Positions 53,288 to 62,287 are shown, counted from the stretch's first letter. The stretch is DNA of 64,000 bases from Candidatus Poriferihabitaceae bacterium (GCA_965208975.1 CBDBQH010000001.1:451280-515279), one strand, 5' to 3'. Made by a program: numbers and translations. Notes: a model not told the origin generated them from the letters alone.

Positions 53288-53514
53288 CAGGTAAGGATTA
53301 TCGCAACCGGTCGCGGCCACCATGTCGGCCACCACCTGATAGCATTTCCCGCGCCTAGCTGTGTTGGATCTGGTTTAATCTGCTATCGCGGTTTTTACTC
53401 GATTTTCCCGACCCTCTCCGCCTTCAGGAAAACCCGCTATCAATTCCGGCCGTTATTTCAGGTACACAACATCTGACTTGTCCGGCCTGCTCCGGTTCTG
53501 GTTCAGGTTCGGTT

Positions 53515-53703
53515 TCAATAGTGCGCTTGATTATCTTCTATGTGCTTCTCGTGTCTCTCTGCTATTATTTGAATGTCTGATTTAATTTTTTCAATGGCAA
53601 CCGTTGACGCAGTAAAAGATTGATAAATAAACACGGTTGCTGCCGCGGTTGCTGCCGCGGTTGCTCCAATAATTCCCAAGATTTTATAAATTTCTGATTT
53701 CAT
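53515..53703 (-). CDS. 62-aa small membrane protein, hypothetical
   Basis: one N-terminal TM (ILGIIGATAAATAAATVFIY) plus an amphipathic tail; 27 nt downstream of the MORN gene on the same strand. Confidence 0.4.
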   Translation of the reverse strand: MKSEIYKILGIIGATAAATAAATVFIYQSFTASTVAIEKIKSDIQIIAERHEKHIEDNQAHY

Positions 53704-53730
53704 GTTTTAGGTCTCTTTTCAGGTCTCTGG

Positions 53731-55095
53731 TTATAAACGCGGATTTCCGCCGGAACAATTTGTACTGGTTTCGCCGTCGCAATCGTCTATTGTTCGGATA
53801 ATTGATCCGTTCCGGTCTTTGATCAAAATATCCCCGCTGATCTTTCCGTTTACCCATTCAGATGTAACAGTATTGCCGTTCGGTTTGGTTTCTATCCAGG
53901 TTCCGTGTTCTTTGTTGTTTACATAGGGACCTCTCGCAATTTCACCACTTGCCCATCGTTCTAACCAGATTCCTTGTTTTTGTCCGTTTACATATTCCCC
54001 TGTCGCCGTAGATTCCCAAGGGGTTTTTTCTATCCAGGTTCCGTGTTTTTGTCCTCTTGCGTTGTACTGGTTAATGCCGATGTCGGTATTCCGTGGTAAG
54101 GTTCTTATTGTTGATTTCACTTCAACCCCGTTTACCCATGTCGAAGTCCAAATACTGCCGTCCGGTCTTCTTTCTGCTCCTTCTCCAGCTTCTTGGTGTT
54201 CTCTGCCGTCTACATACTGACCTCTCGAAACAGTACCATCCGCGGATATTGCTGTCCAGATTCCTTGTTTTTGTCCGTTTACATATTCCCCTGTTTCTGT
54301 ACCATTTCCACGGGGTTCTATCCAAGTTCCGTGTTTTTGTCCTCTTGCGTTGTACTGGTTTATAGCGTTTGTGTTTGTCGGCGCCGGTGTTGTTGCTGTT
54401 GGCGCTGCTACTGCATAGGCTTTTGGCCGTGTGTTAATTCTGAAACCCGTAACCGTTCCGATGCTGTTACACCCCCCGGCGGTCATCGTAAATTGTGATT
54501 GATCAAATTCAATCATTTTTGAAACTGCGTTATATGACAAGGTAAAGGATGTTGTAATGGTACAGCTTTCCCCGTCCGGGCTTGTTGCTCTGATAGAACC
54601 GGCGGCCGTACTGGCGCCGCCGTTTGTTAAATCAATGGTTCCGGTTAATGTGCCGCCAGTAATAGATAGTCTGCTGTTGGTCTGGCTGATTGCTGGCTGG
54701 ATGAAGTAATCCAGCGCCCTTGTTTCTGGTAGTAGGCTGGCTGTTTGCGGGTCTGGTAAAATTTCAATTTCAACGGCGCCGGTGGCTGTATCTATATCGC
54801 TTACACGGTAATTGAATGGTGCGTTGGCTTCCTGTCTGGTTCCGTCTGTGTCGTTGTATGAATACAATACGCTGGCCGTCCCTGTTCCGCTTCCTGTTGG
54901 TGCGGTTGTAGTTTGTGCTGGCGTTGTAGTTTGTGCATGGGCTGGCAATATCAGGCTGTTTACAATCGGTTTATTCCAAGCCGTAACCGCCAATCCGCTA
55001 ACGGCCAGGGTCTTGATGACCTGTTGCCGTTTCTGCAAGTCTGTTTTTTCTGTCTCTTGCCTTTCTTGTTCTTCTGTCGCGTGTTGATTAGTCAT
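53731..55095 (-). CDS. secreted MORN-repeat (YwqK-like) protein with Thr/Pro-rich linkers and an unknown N-terminal domain
   Basis: signal-like TLAVSGLAVTAWNKPIVNSLILPAHA/Q; repeated GEYVNGQKQGIW / KHGTWIE motifs; recent internal roughly 290-bp duplication; start ATG 55095 preferred over 55164. Confidence 0.6.
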   Translation of the reverse strand: MTNQHATEEQERQETEKTDLQKRQQVIKTLAVSGLAVTAWNKPIVNSLILPAHAQTTTPAQTTTAPTGSGTGTASVLYSYNDTDGTRQEANAPFNYRVSDIDTATGAVEIEILPDPQTASLLPETRALDYFIQPAISQTNSRLSITGGTLTGTIDLTNGGASTAAGSIRATSPDGESCTITTSFTLSYNAVSKMIEFDQSQFTMTAGGCNSIGTVTGFRINTRPKAYAVAAPTATTPAPTNTNAINQYNARGQKHGTWIEPRGNGTETGEYVNGQKQGIWTAISADGTVSRGQYVDGREHQEAGEGAERRPDGSIWTSTWVNGVEVKSTIRTLPRNTDIGINQYNARGQKHGTWIEKTPWESTATGEYVNGQKQGIWLERWASGEIARGPYVNNKEHGTWIETKPNGNTVTSEWVNGKISGDILIKDRNGSIIRTIDDCDGETSTNCSGGNPRL

Positions 55096-55157
55096 GTTTA
55101 GTCTCGCTTGATATGAATGGATTGTGGATGGATGAAATATCCTGAAATGGGATAAAT

Positions 55158-55189
55158 TTGACAATATCCCATGATCGGATATTTGTCAA
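55158..55189. promoter_or_regulatory. imperfect inverted repeat TTGACAATATCC-N7-GGATATTTGTCAA between the divergent MORN and XRE genes; candidate operator with a TTGACA on each strand
   Basis: read directly; minus-strand TTGACA-N17-TATTGT gives a plausible leftward promoter. Confidence 0.45.
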
Positions 55190-55203
55190 CATCAAATCCA
55201 AAA

Positions 55204-55458
55204 ATGACAAACAGCCCTTGGGGAAGGTGGCAAACAGCGTTTCAGCAGACGATCCGACAGGTGCGGAAGCGCGCCGGGTTGACGCAGACACAGTTGTCTG
55301 AAAAACTGGCGAAGCCGCAGAGTTATGTATCCAAATATGAAAGCGGAGAGCGGCGGCTTGATTATCTGGAAGTACGGAGAATATGCGATTGTTGTGGAAT
55401 TACGATTACTGAGTTCGACAACTTCCTGACAGAGTCGGAGTGCAGGTTGTCTGCATAG
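55204..55458 (+). CDS. XRE-family helix-turn-helix transcriptional regulator
   Basis: 84 aa; RKRAGLTQTQLSEKLAKPQSYVSKYESGERRLD HTH_3-type motif. Confidence 0.8.
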   Translation: MTNSPWGRWQTAFQQTIRQVRKRAGLTQTQLSEKLAKPQSYVSKYESGERRLDYLEVRRICDCCGITITEFDNFLTESECRLSA

Positions 55459-55591
55459 AAATCAGAGTCTGACAGGGGGAAATTGAGAATGATGTGTATA
55501 ATTCCCTTGAAGTCGCATAATGGTTCACCACGACGCGATCAAGGAGAAAGGCGTTGATACACTCGCCTGTTTATCTGTAAATGATGTCTTT
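55335..55591 (+). repeat. copy A of a segmental duplication: XRE 3' end plus downstream (55335-55520) joined to a 71-bp internal peroxiredoxin fragment (55521-55591)
   Basis: about 95% identical to 58030-58216 and 58439-58509. Confidence 0.9.
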
Positions 55592-55721
55592 AGACCATCG
55601 GCGCAGGGTTTCCCGGGAAATGGTGGATAGAAATGGTGGATAGATAAGCGTTTTCCAATCCAGAGATGAGCCTGAGGGGGAGTATTTTCCGTATAGAATC
55701 AAAGGTCATTGGGTTGTTCTG

Positions 55722-56921
55722 TCAGGCGGCGTAATTTTGGGGTTTGTTAAAAGATTGGAATAGGGTATTGCGAGCTTGATTGAGTTTTCTCGCAGCTTCA
55801 TTATCACTGTATTGATGAGCGAAGTCATCCAGTATTTTGAAAGTGATACCGGATTTGAGATATTGTTCGGCATGGGGCAGGGAGCGAAGTTTCTGATACG
55901 GAGTCATGATCAGAGAGTCCGGGTATTTACGGATGTGTTTTCCCTGGTTGTTAACTTCTTCCTTTGCGAACAGGCAGGGTCGGTGATAGTTCAGGTAGGG
56001 TGTGAGGTAGTGGATGAGGAAGTGATTGACGGGTTGAGCGAAGCGTTGTGAGATGTGTTCGTAGCCCAGATGCTTGCGGATGACAGAACCATTCTTGCCT
56101 TCGACCAGGGCGTTGTCATTACTTTGTCGGGGACGTGATTTGGTTTGTTCGATGTGGAGTTTTTGCAGGAGTCTGGAGACCTGTCGATTGATATACTCTG
56201 AGCCGTTATCGGAATGGAATCCCTGTAGCGTGAAGGGGAAGGCCTGGAGGAGTTCATGCAGGGCCGGGATGAGATAGCTTTCAGAGATTCTCTGTACACT
56301 GACTACGGCCTGCATCTGGGTGACCTCATCGACGGCATTGATGTGGTATAGCCCCTTGATGCCGTCCTGGTCGCCCTGATGGACGGTATCGACGCGCAAG
56401 AAGCCGGGACGGCCATCGGGTCTGGGCTTGCGTCGCTCCCCGATTCTCACCGGAGTGTACCGGGTCTTTTGGAAGTGTCTTCTGTGGCGCTGGTAGGGGT
56501 CTGAGTGTCGCAGGTTGTACAAGTGTCCATTGGAGATGCCGGCCAGTCTGTGGTATCGGGTATCGCCGAATACAGCAAAAGCCCGTTCACACAGTTTGCG
56601 GGTGGCCGGGCCGGAAAGGTTGCCGTGCAGGGTATCGGTTTCCACCAGTAAAGCCACATCTGCCGGGGTATAACGCCGACAGAAGGCATTGGCAGGCCTT
56701 CCCCGGTGATCCCGGATTCGTCCACTGTCCCGGTATTGGCGGATCAGCCGGGTGATCTGGGCGCGGGACAGGCCACTGACCTTCTCCAGGTAGGCTTTCA
56801 CCACGCCCCGGTCGGCCTTGCCGAGTAAAGGATAACGCAACTGCCGCAGACTGTCGCAAATCCACGAATAAGACTCCTTGCGGGATTGGGGTTCAAAATC
56901 AAAAGTGGTGGCTCCGTCCAA
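55722..56921 (-). CDS. DDE integrase-core (rve) transposase/integrase
   Basis: D (VDTVHQGD), D (FHSDNGSEY), E (NALVEGKNG); frame open a further 39 codons upstream without ATG/GTG; TTG 56921 is the first standard start. Confidence 0.75.
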   Translation of the reverse strand: MDGATTFDFEPQSRKESYSWICDSLRQLRYPLLGKADRGVVKAYLEKVSGLSRAQITRLIRQYRDSGRIRDHRGRPANAFCRRYTPADVALLVETDTLHGNLSGPATRKLCERAFAVFGDTRYHRLAGISNGHLYNLRHSDPYQRHRRHFQKTRYTPVRIGERRKPRPDGRPGFLRVDTVHQGDQDGIKGLYHINAVDEVTQMQAVVSVQRISESYLIPALHELLQAFPFTLQGFHSDNGSEYINRQVSRLLQKLHIEQTKSRPRQSNDNALVEGKNGSVIRKHLGYEHISQRFAQPVNHFLIHYLTPYLNYHRPCLFAKEEVNNQGKHIRKYPDSLIMTPYQKLRSLPHAEQYLKSGITFKILDDFAHQYSDNEAARKLNQARNTLFQSFNKPQNYAA

Positions 56922-57094
56922 AAACGAACGAATATCTTCTACCGTCTGTAAACGCTGGCTATTGACAATATTATATAAATAATCTATATTTCCTCCTGCG
57001 TCTGAGATGAGTCGCCAAGCGTCTCGTTCCGGGGCTTGAAGCCCCGATACTCAGTCGCTTTTTTTTGTTCAAAAATCGATAACACAAGACAAAA

Positions 57095-57994
57095 ATGTAC
57101 TTGCTCTACATGGATGAGTCTGGTGTTTCTAACATTCCTGGTAATACTTCTCATTTTGTTCTTACTGGTATCTCTGTTCCTATATGGCACTGGAAAAATT
57201 GCGACGACGAGATTTCGCAGATCAAGAAGAAATATGACCTCTTCGATGCTGAAATTCACACAGCATGGATTATGAGACGTTATCTCGAACAGGTAAAAAT
57301 CCCTGACTTTGAATCGTTACAGTTTTATGAAAGGAGAAGCGCTGTAACCACTGAAAGAAATAGGGAATTGTTCCGGTTACAAAAGACAAATAACAGTAAG
57401 CTGTATAAGCAAACCAAAAAGAATTACGAAAAAACCAAGGATTACATACATTTAACCCATGAACAGCGCAAGAGCTTCATTGATGAAGTAGCAAGGTGTG
57501 TTTCCAATTGGGGTTCTGCGAGAGTGTTTGCAGAGTGCGTAGATAAGATTCATTTTAATCCAGTACGGAGTCCAACAACTTTGGATGAGCAAGCGTTAGA
57601 GCAGATTGTTTCAAGGTTTGAACAATATCTTGACAATATCAGCGTGGACAATTCAAGGAATAAAAGTTATGGCCTGCTGATTCATGATAACAACGATACG
57701 GTATCTCAAAAGCATACCCAGTTAATGAAGTCGTTTCATGCCAAGGGAACCAACTGGACTGACCTCAAACATATTGTAGAAACCCCACTTTTCGTTGATA
57801 GTAGTCTCACAAGTCTTGTTCAAATTGCTGATTTATGCGCGTATTCCATTAGGCGCTATCTGGAAAATAATGAAGAAGGGCTTTTCGATCATATCTACAA
57901 AAGGGCTGATAGAAAGCAGGAAAAAGTTGTCGGTATACGACATTTTTCAGATCCTTCCTGTCCCTGTAAAATTTGCGACGGTCATAAACGATAA
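57095..57994 (+). CDS. DUF3800-family protein
   Basis: N-terminal YMDESG motif, C-terminal LVQIADLCAYSIRRY, terminal CPCKICDGH; AT-rich relative to its surroundings. Confidence 0.7.
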   Translation: MYLLYMDESGVSNIPGNTSHFVLTGISVPIWHWKNCDDEISQIKKKYDLFDAEIHTAWIMRRYLEQVKIPDFESLQFYERRSAVTTERNRELFRLQKTNNSKLYKQTKKNYEKTKDYIHLTHEQRKSFIDEVARCVSNWGSARVFAECVDKIHFNPVRSPTTLDEQALEQIVSRFEQYLDNISVDNSRNKSYGLLIHDNNDTVSQKHTQLMKSFHAKGTNWTDLKHIVETPLFVDSSLTSLVQIADLCAYSIRRYLENNEEGLFDHIYKRADRKQEKVVGIRHFSDPSCPCKICDGHKR

Positions 57995-58029
57995 GCAGTT
58001 CAGCTTGCTGGATCAGCAACCTCGGCACT

Positions 58030-58151
58030 ATATGAAAGCGGAGAGCGACGGCTCGATTATCTGGAAGTGCGGAGAATATGCGATTGTTGTGGAATTACGA
58101 TTACTGAGTTCGACAACTTCCTGACAGAGTCGGAGTGCAGGTTGTCTGCAT
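58030..58151 (+). pseudogene. duplicated 3' fragment of the XRE regulator gene (copy B)
   Basis: encodes YESGERRLDYLEVRRICDCCGITITEFDNFLTESECRLSA without a 5' part. Confidence 0.8.
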
Positions 58152-58266
58152 AGAAATCAGAACCTGACAGGGGGAAATTGAGAATGATGTGTATAATTCC
58201 CTTGAAGATCGCATAACGCGAAGATTATTCATTCATAAACCAGCACAATTTGATGAGGCGCTTTCC

Positions 58267-58752
58267 ATGACCATAAAAATCGGGGACAGTATCCCCAATA
58301 TATCACTCTCCACAATGACCGCTGATGGGCCGAAGGATATTTCAACCGATGAGATATTCGCCGGCAAGAAGGTGGTTCTGTTCGCGCTGCCGGGGGCGTT
58401 TACGCCGACCTGCCATGCGGCTCACTTACCGGGCTATGTGGTCCACCACGACGCGATCAAGGAGAAAGGCGTGGATACACTCGCCTGTTTGTCTGTAAAT
58501 GATGTCTTTGTGATGGACGCATGGGGCAAGGCGCAAAACACGCAAGACCATATTCTGATGCTGGCGGATGGAAGCGCCTCATTTACCGAAGCGCTGGGTC
58601 TTGAGCTGGACCTGACCGCGCGTAACTTTGGCATGCGCTCGCAACGTTATGCGCTGATTGCCGAGGACGGAGTGGTCACTCATCTGAACGTCGAATCATC
58701 CGGGCCAGAGCTTGAAGTGAGTGACGCCGAAACCATACTGGCATTACTGTAA
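58267..58752 (+). CDS. Prx5-type peroxiredoxin
   Basis: 161 aa; PGAFTPTC peroxidatic Cys motif. Confidence 0.9.
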   Translation: MTIKIGDSIPNISLSTMTADGPKDISTDEIFAGKKVVLFALPGAFTPTCHAAHLPGYVVHHDAIKEKGVDTLACLSVNDVFVMDAWGKAQNTQDHILMLADGSASFTEALGLELDLTARNFGMRSQRYALIAEDGVVTHLNVESSGPELEVSDAETILALL

Positions 58753-58805
58753 ACAAAAAATGAGTTCGGTCCGGTGAACGTTACAGGGGCGTTACGCCGT
58801 CCTGA

Positions 58806-59633
58806 TCAGCGTTTCCTCAGGTAGTTGTCCAGCATCCGGTCGGGCAGGATGCGTTTCAGCGTCGCCAGTACCTTGGTCGGTGTGGTTACCCGATACCGGA
58901 CTTTGGGGCGGGGGCTTTCCAGCGCCTGGATGGTGGCTTCCAGTACCGCTTCGGGCGGCAGTGTGTAACGGGTCGGGCGGTCGCTCTTCAGGCGTTTTTC
59001 GAGTTCCTGGTATTCTGCCTGGTGGGTGCTGTGGCTTCGATCAATGTGTTCGATAAACTTGTGCAGGGAATTGACCCGAAATTCGCTGGTGATCGGGCCG
59101 GGCTCAATCAGGCTCAGTTCAATCCCGGACCCGGCTAGTTCCAGGCGCATGGTATCGGTCAACCCTTCCAGGGCATACTTGCTGGCGTTGTAGGCGCCGC
59201 GGTATTTCAGGCTGACAAAGCCGAGAACCGAACTGATTTGTATGATCCGTCCTGTATTATTTTTCCGCATGACCGGAATAACCCGATTGGTTAACTCCTG
59301 GGTCCCGAACACATTGGTTTCAAACTGGGCGCACAGGCTGGCCCGGGTCAGATCCTCAACTGCGCCGGGTTGTCCATAGGCGCCATTATTGATCAATCCG
59401 AACAGCTTGCCGTCAGTCAGCTCGAGGGTTTTGGCGAGGCCATTTCCGATGGCTTCAGGAGCATCAAGATCAAGCACAACCGTATCCAGCCCGATTTCAG
59501 CCAGAGCGGGCAGATCAGCCGGATTGCGACAACTGGCGATGACGTGGTAGCCGCGGGCGTGCAAACCCGAAGCCAGGCAACGACCAATGCCGGTTGAACA
59601 GCCGGTAATCAGAATCGGTTTGTTTTTATTCAT
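58806..59633 (-). CDS. short-chain dehydrogenase/reductase (SDR)
   Basis: TGCSTGIG cofactor motif, YNASK catalytic motif. Confidence 0.85.
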   Translation of the reverse strand: MNKNKPILITGCSTGIGRCLASGLHARGYHVIASCRNPADLPALAEIGLDTVVLDLDAPEAIGNGLAKTLELTDGKLFGLINNGAYGQPGAVEDLTRASLCAQFETNVFGTQELTNRVIPVMRKNNTGRIIQISSVLGFVSLKYRGAYNASKYALEGLTDTMRLELAGSGIELSLIEPGPITSEFRVNSLHKFIEHIDRSHSTHQAEYQELEKRLKSDRPTRYTLPPEAVLEATIQALESPRPKVRYRVTTPTKVLATLKRILPDRMLDNYLRKR

Positions 59634-59695
59634 CAGTTTTCAGAGTAAAATCGAACACCCGCGCTATTTCTATCACACATTACGAAACTGTCAAA

Positions 59696-60649
59696 TTGAA
59701 TCACTATGAGAAGACAAGGGTCGCGGTGATCGGGGCCGGGTATCTGGGTCGAATTCATGCCAGAATTTATCATGAAATGGACCATGTTGACCTGGTTGCA
59801 GTGGTGGATACCGATGAGTGCGTGGCACAGTCTGTCGCGCAAGATTGTGACTGCCAGGCATTGACTCGCGCTGAAGAGGTTGTGGGCCGGATTGACGCGG
59901 TCAGCATCGTGGTTCCAACCAGCGCGCATCTGCCTGTTGCGCGTCCGTTTCTCGAAGCCGGTATCCATACCCTGCTCGAAAAGCCGGTCGCTCCGACTGT
60001 GGAGGAAAGCGCACAGATTGTCCAGCTGGCAGAAGCATCCGGGGCTATATTGCAGATCGGGCATCTGGAGCGCTTCAATGCGGGAGTCATGAAAATCGCG
60101 GAACTGGCGTTCCAACCCCGATTCATCGAAGTACACCGGCTGGGGGAATTCAACGAACGCGCAACCGATGTCGATGTGGTCACTGATCTGATGATTCATG
60201 ATATTGATATTGTGCTGTCGTTGATCCGGTCGGAGTTGAAATCCGTTTCCGCTACCGGCGCTCCGGTTGTCACTGATCATGTTGACATTGCCAACGCGCG
60301 TCTGGAATTTAAAAACGGAGCGGTTGCCAATGTCACCTCCAGTCGGGTATCGACCCAGCGATTTCGCCGTATCCGGGTGTTTTCTGAGGAACGTTACCTG
60401 GGGTTGAATTTCCTGACCCAGCAATTATCGGAAGTCAGGCCGGGCAAAAAAATGGAAGGCAGCAATTTCCCGGAACTGGAGCGCCGGGATATTGATGTCT
60501 CTCCCCAACAACCCCTGAATGTCGAGTTGGCGCACTTCATTGACTGTGTCAACCACGGCCGGCGTCCTTTGGTCAGCGGTGAGGACGGTCTGATTGCGGT
60601 TCAGGTGGCGGAGATGGTAAGAACGAAGATCCTCCAGTCCGGGTACTGA
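59696..60649 (+). CDS. Gfo/Idh/MocA-family oxidoreductase
   Basis: N-terminal VAVIGAGYLGRIHA Rossmann motif, EKP motif. Confidence 0.8.
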   Translation: MNHYEKTRVAVIGAGYLGRIHARIYHEMDHVDLVAVVDTDECVAQSVAQDCDCQALTRAEEVVGRIDAVSIVVPTSAHLPVARPFLEAGIHTLLEKPVAPTVEESAQIVQLAEASGAILQIGHLERFNAGVMKIAELAFQPRFIEVHRLGEFNERATDVDVVTDLMIHDIDIVLSLIRSELKSVSATGAPVVTDHVDIANARLEFKNGAVANVTSSRVSTQRFRRIRVFSEERYLGLNFLTQQLSEVRPGKKMEGSNFPELERRDIDVSPQQPLNVELAHFIDCVNHGRRPLVSGEDGLIAVQVAEMVRTKILQSGY

Positions 60650-60698
60650 CCGGAAAATCGAATGTATATGAGATGTTGAGCTTTCTGGATTTCTGATT

Positions 60699-62099
60699 AT
60701 GCAACCGCTACCCCGCCGAATCTGGATACGAAACCCACTGTCGATATTTTCGGACATCCCCGCAAACGGGGGGATTGTGATCGAAGGCGCGGTCATTGCC
60801 GAGGCGCTGGATTGCGGCGAGACGCCGGCAAAACCCGTAGACGAAACCATTGACGCATCACAATCGGTTGTATTGCCGGGGTTGATCAACACACACCACC
60901 ACTATTATCAGACCTTGACCCGGGCTTGCCCCCGAGCGCTGGACAAGGCGCTGTTTCCGTGGTTGAAAAGCCTCTACCCGGTTTGGGCCGGTCTGGATAT
61001 GGAGATGATAGAGGTGGCCACGGAACTGGCGTCTGTGGAACTCTTGTTGTCGGGTTGTACGACCAGCTCAGACCACCATTACCTTTTTCCTGCCAGAGCC
61101 GCATCCGCTATTGATGCCCAGGTGACGGCATTGCGGCGCACCGGGCAACGCGCTGTGCTCACACGCGGCTCCATGAGCCTGGGTGAGAATCAGGGAGGGT
61201 TGCCGCCGGTATCTGTGGTACAGGAGCGGGACGAGATACTGTCGGACTCGGCGCGACTGATTGACCAGTACCACGAGCCGTTGCCCGGCGCCATGTTACA
61301 GATTGCGCTGGCCCCATGCTCGCCGTTCAGTGTATCGCGGGAGCTGATGATTGAGACGGCTGCGCTGGCGCGGGAACGCGGAGTCCGGCTGCATACTCAT
61401 TTGGCGGAAACAGAAGAGGAGAACGCTTTTTGTCAACGTCAGTACGGTATGCGACCGCTGCACTATCTGGAATCTGTTGAATGGCTGGCGGATGATGTCT
61501 GGTTGGCCCATGGCATTCATTTCACAAAGACGGAGATCGGTATGCTGGGGCAGGCGGGCACAGGAATCACTCATTGTCCGAGCTCGAATATGATGCTGGG
61601 CTCGGGACAGTGTCGCACCCTGGAGCTGGAACGCGCGGGGTGTCCACTGGGTCTGGGCGTGGATGGTTCTGCTTCCAACGACAGTTCCAATATGATTCAG
61701 GAGGTCAGGCAGGCATTTTTATTGCAGAGATTGCGTTATGGCGCGTCATCGGTGAGTCACAAGGATGCGCTGCGTTGGGCGACCGCGGGTTCCGCCGCTT
61801 GTCTGGGCAGAGACGACATCGGCGCCATTGCGCCAGGTATGCAAGCGGACCTGGCGTTGTTTCGATTGGATGAGGTGAATTTTTCCGGTGCTGGTGAGCC
61901 GTTGGCGGCGTTGCTCTTGTGCAATGCCCGGCGCGCCAATGATGTGATGGTGGCGGGGCGCTGGCGGGTGCGGGACGGAGAGATTCCCGACCTTGACCTG
62001 CCTGCGCTGATGGCCCGACATGGGGAGTTGGCGCACACCCTGCAAGGGTTTTCCGATCAGTCAGGAAGATTCCCGGCCACAGGTTTTTCCTGTGGGTAG
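60699..62099 (+). CDS. 8-oxoguanine deaminase (amidohydrolase superfamily)
   Basis: RIWIRNPLSIF, LPGLINTHHHYYQTLTRA, LFPWLKSLYPVWA closely follow the remembered Pseudomonas 8-oxoguanine deaminase N-terminus. Confidence 0.8.
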   Translation: MQPLPRRIWIRNPLSIFSDIPANGGIVIEGAVIAEALDCGETPAKPVDETIDASQSVVLPGLINTHHHYYQTLTRACPRALDKALFPWLKSLYPVWAGLDMEMIEVATELASVELLLSGCTTSSDHHYLFPARAASAIDAQVTALRRTGQRAVLTRGSMSLGENQGGLPPVSVVQERDEILSDSARLIDQYHEPLPGAMLQIALAPCSPFSVSRELMIETAALARERGVRLHTHLAETEEENAFCQRQYGMRPLHYLESVEWLADDVWLAHGIHFTKTEIGMLGQAGTGITHCPSSNMMLGSGQCRTLELERAGCPLGLGVDGSASNDSSNMIQEVRQAFLLQRLRYGASSVSHKDALRWATAGSAACLGRDDIGAIAPGMQADLALFRLDEVNFSGAGEPLAALLLCNARRANDVMVAGRWRVRDGEIPDLDLPALMARHGELAHTLQGFSDQSGRFPATGFSCG

Positions 62100-62126
62100 C
62101 CCACGGAATTTATTGATCGGGCGAGC

Positions 62127-62203
62127 CATCCGGAGATGGCGTCCCCAAGGGGATTCGAACCCCTGTTGCCGCCGTGAAAGGGCGATGTCCTAGGCCGACT
62201 AGA
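62127..62203 (-). tRNA. tRNA-Glu (anticodon UUC), CCA encoded
   Basis: reverse complement GTCCCCATCGTCTAG...CCCTTTCACGG...GGTTCGAATCCCCTTGGGGACGCCA folds as a cloverleaf. Confidence 0.95.
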
Positions 62204-62287
62204 CGATGGGGACAACAAGACTATCTCAGACTGAAAACATCAGTCATTTCTCTCTTCAAGAACCAGCGCCGGGGCGCCCGGCGAGGC

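Noticed and set aside
53288-53514. Continuation of the alaX-like pseudogene or another CDS to the right of the IS
   Set aside because: Translations in all frames give no AlaX-like motifs (no HxxxH / CxxxH editing-site pattern) and no ORF of useful length. It is treated as decayed DNA or an IS remnant.
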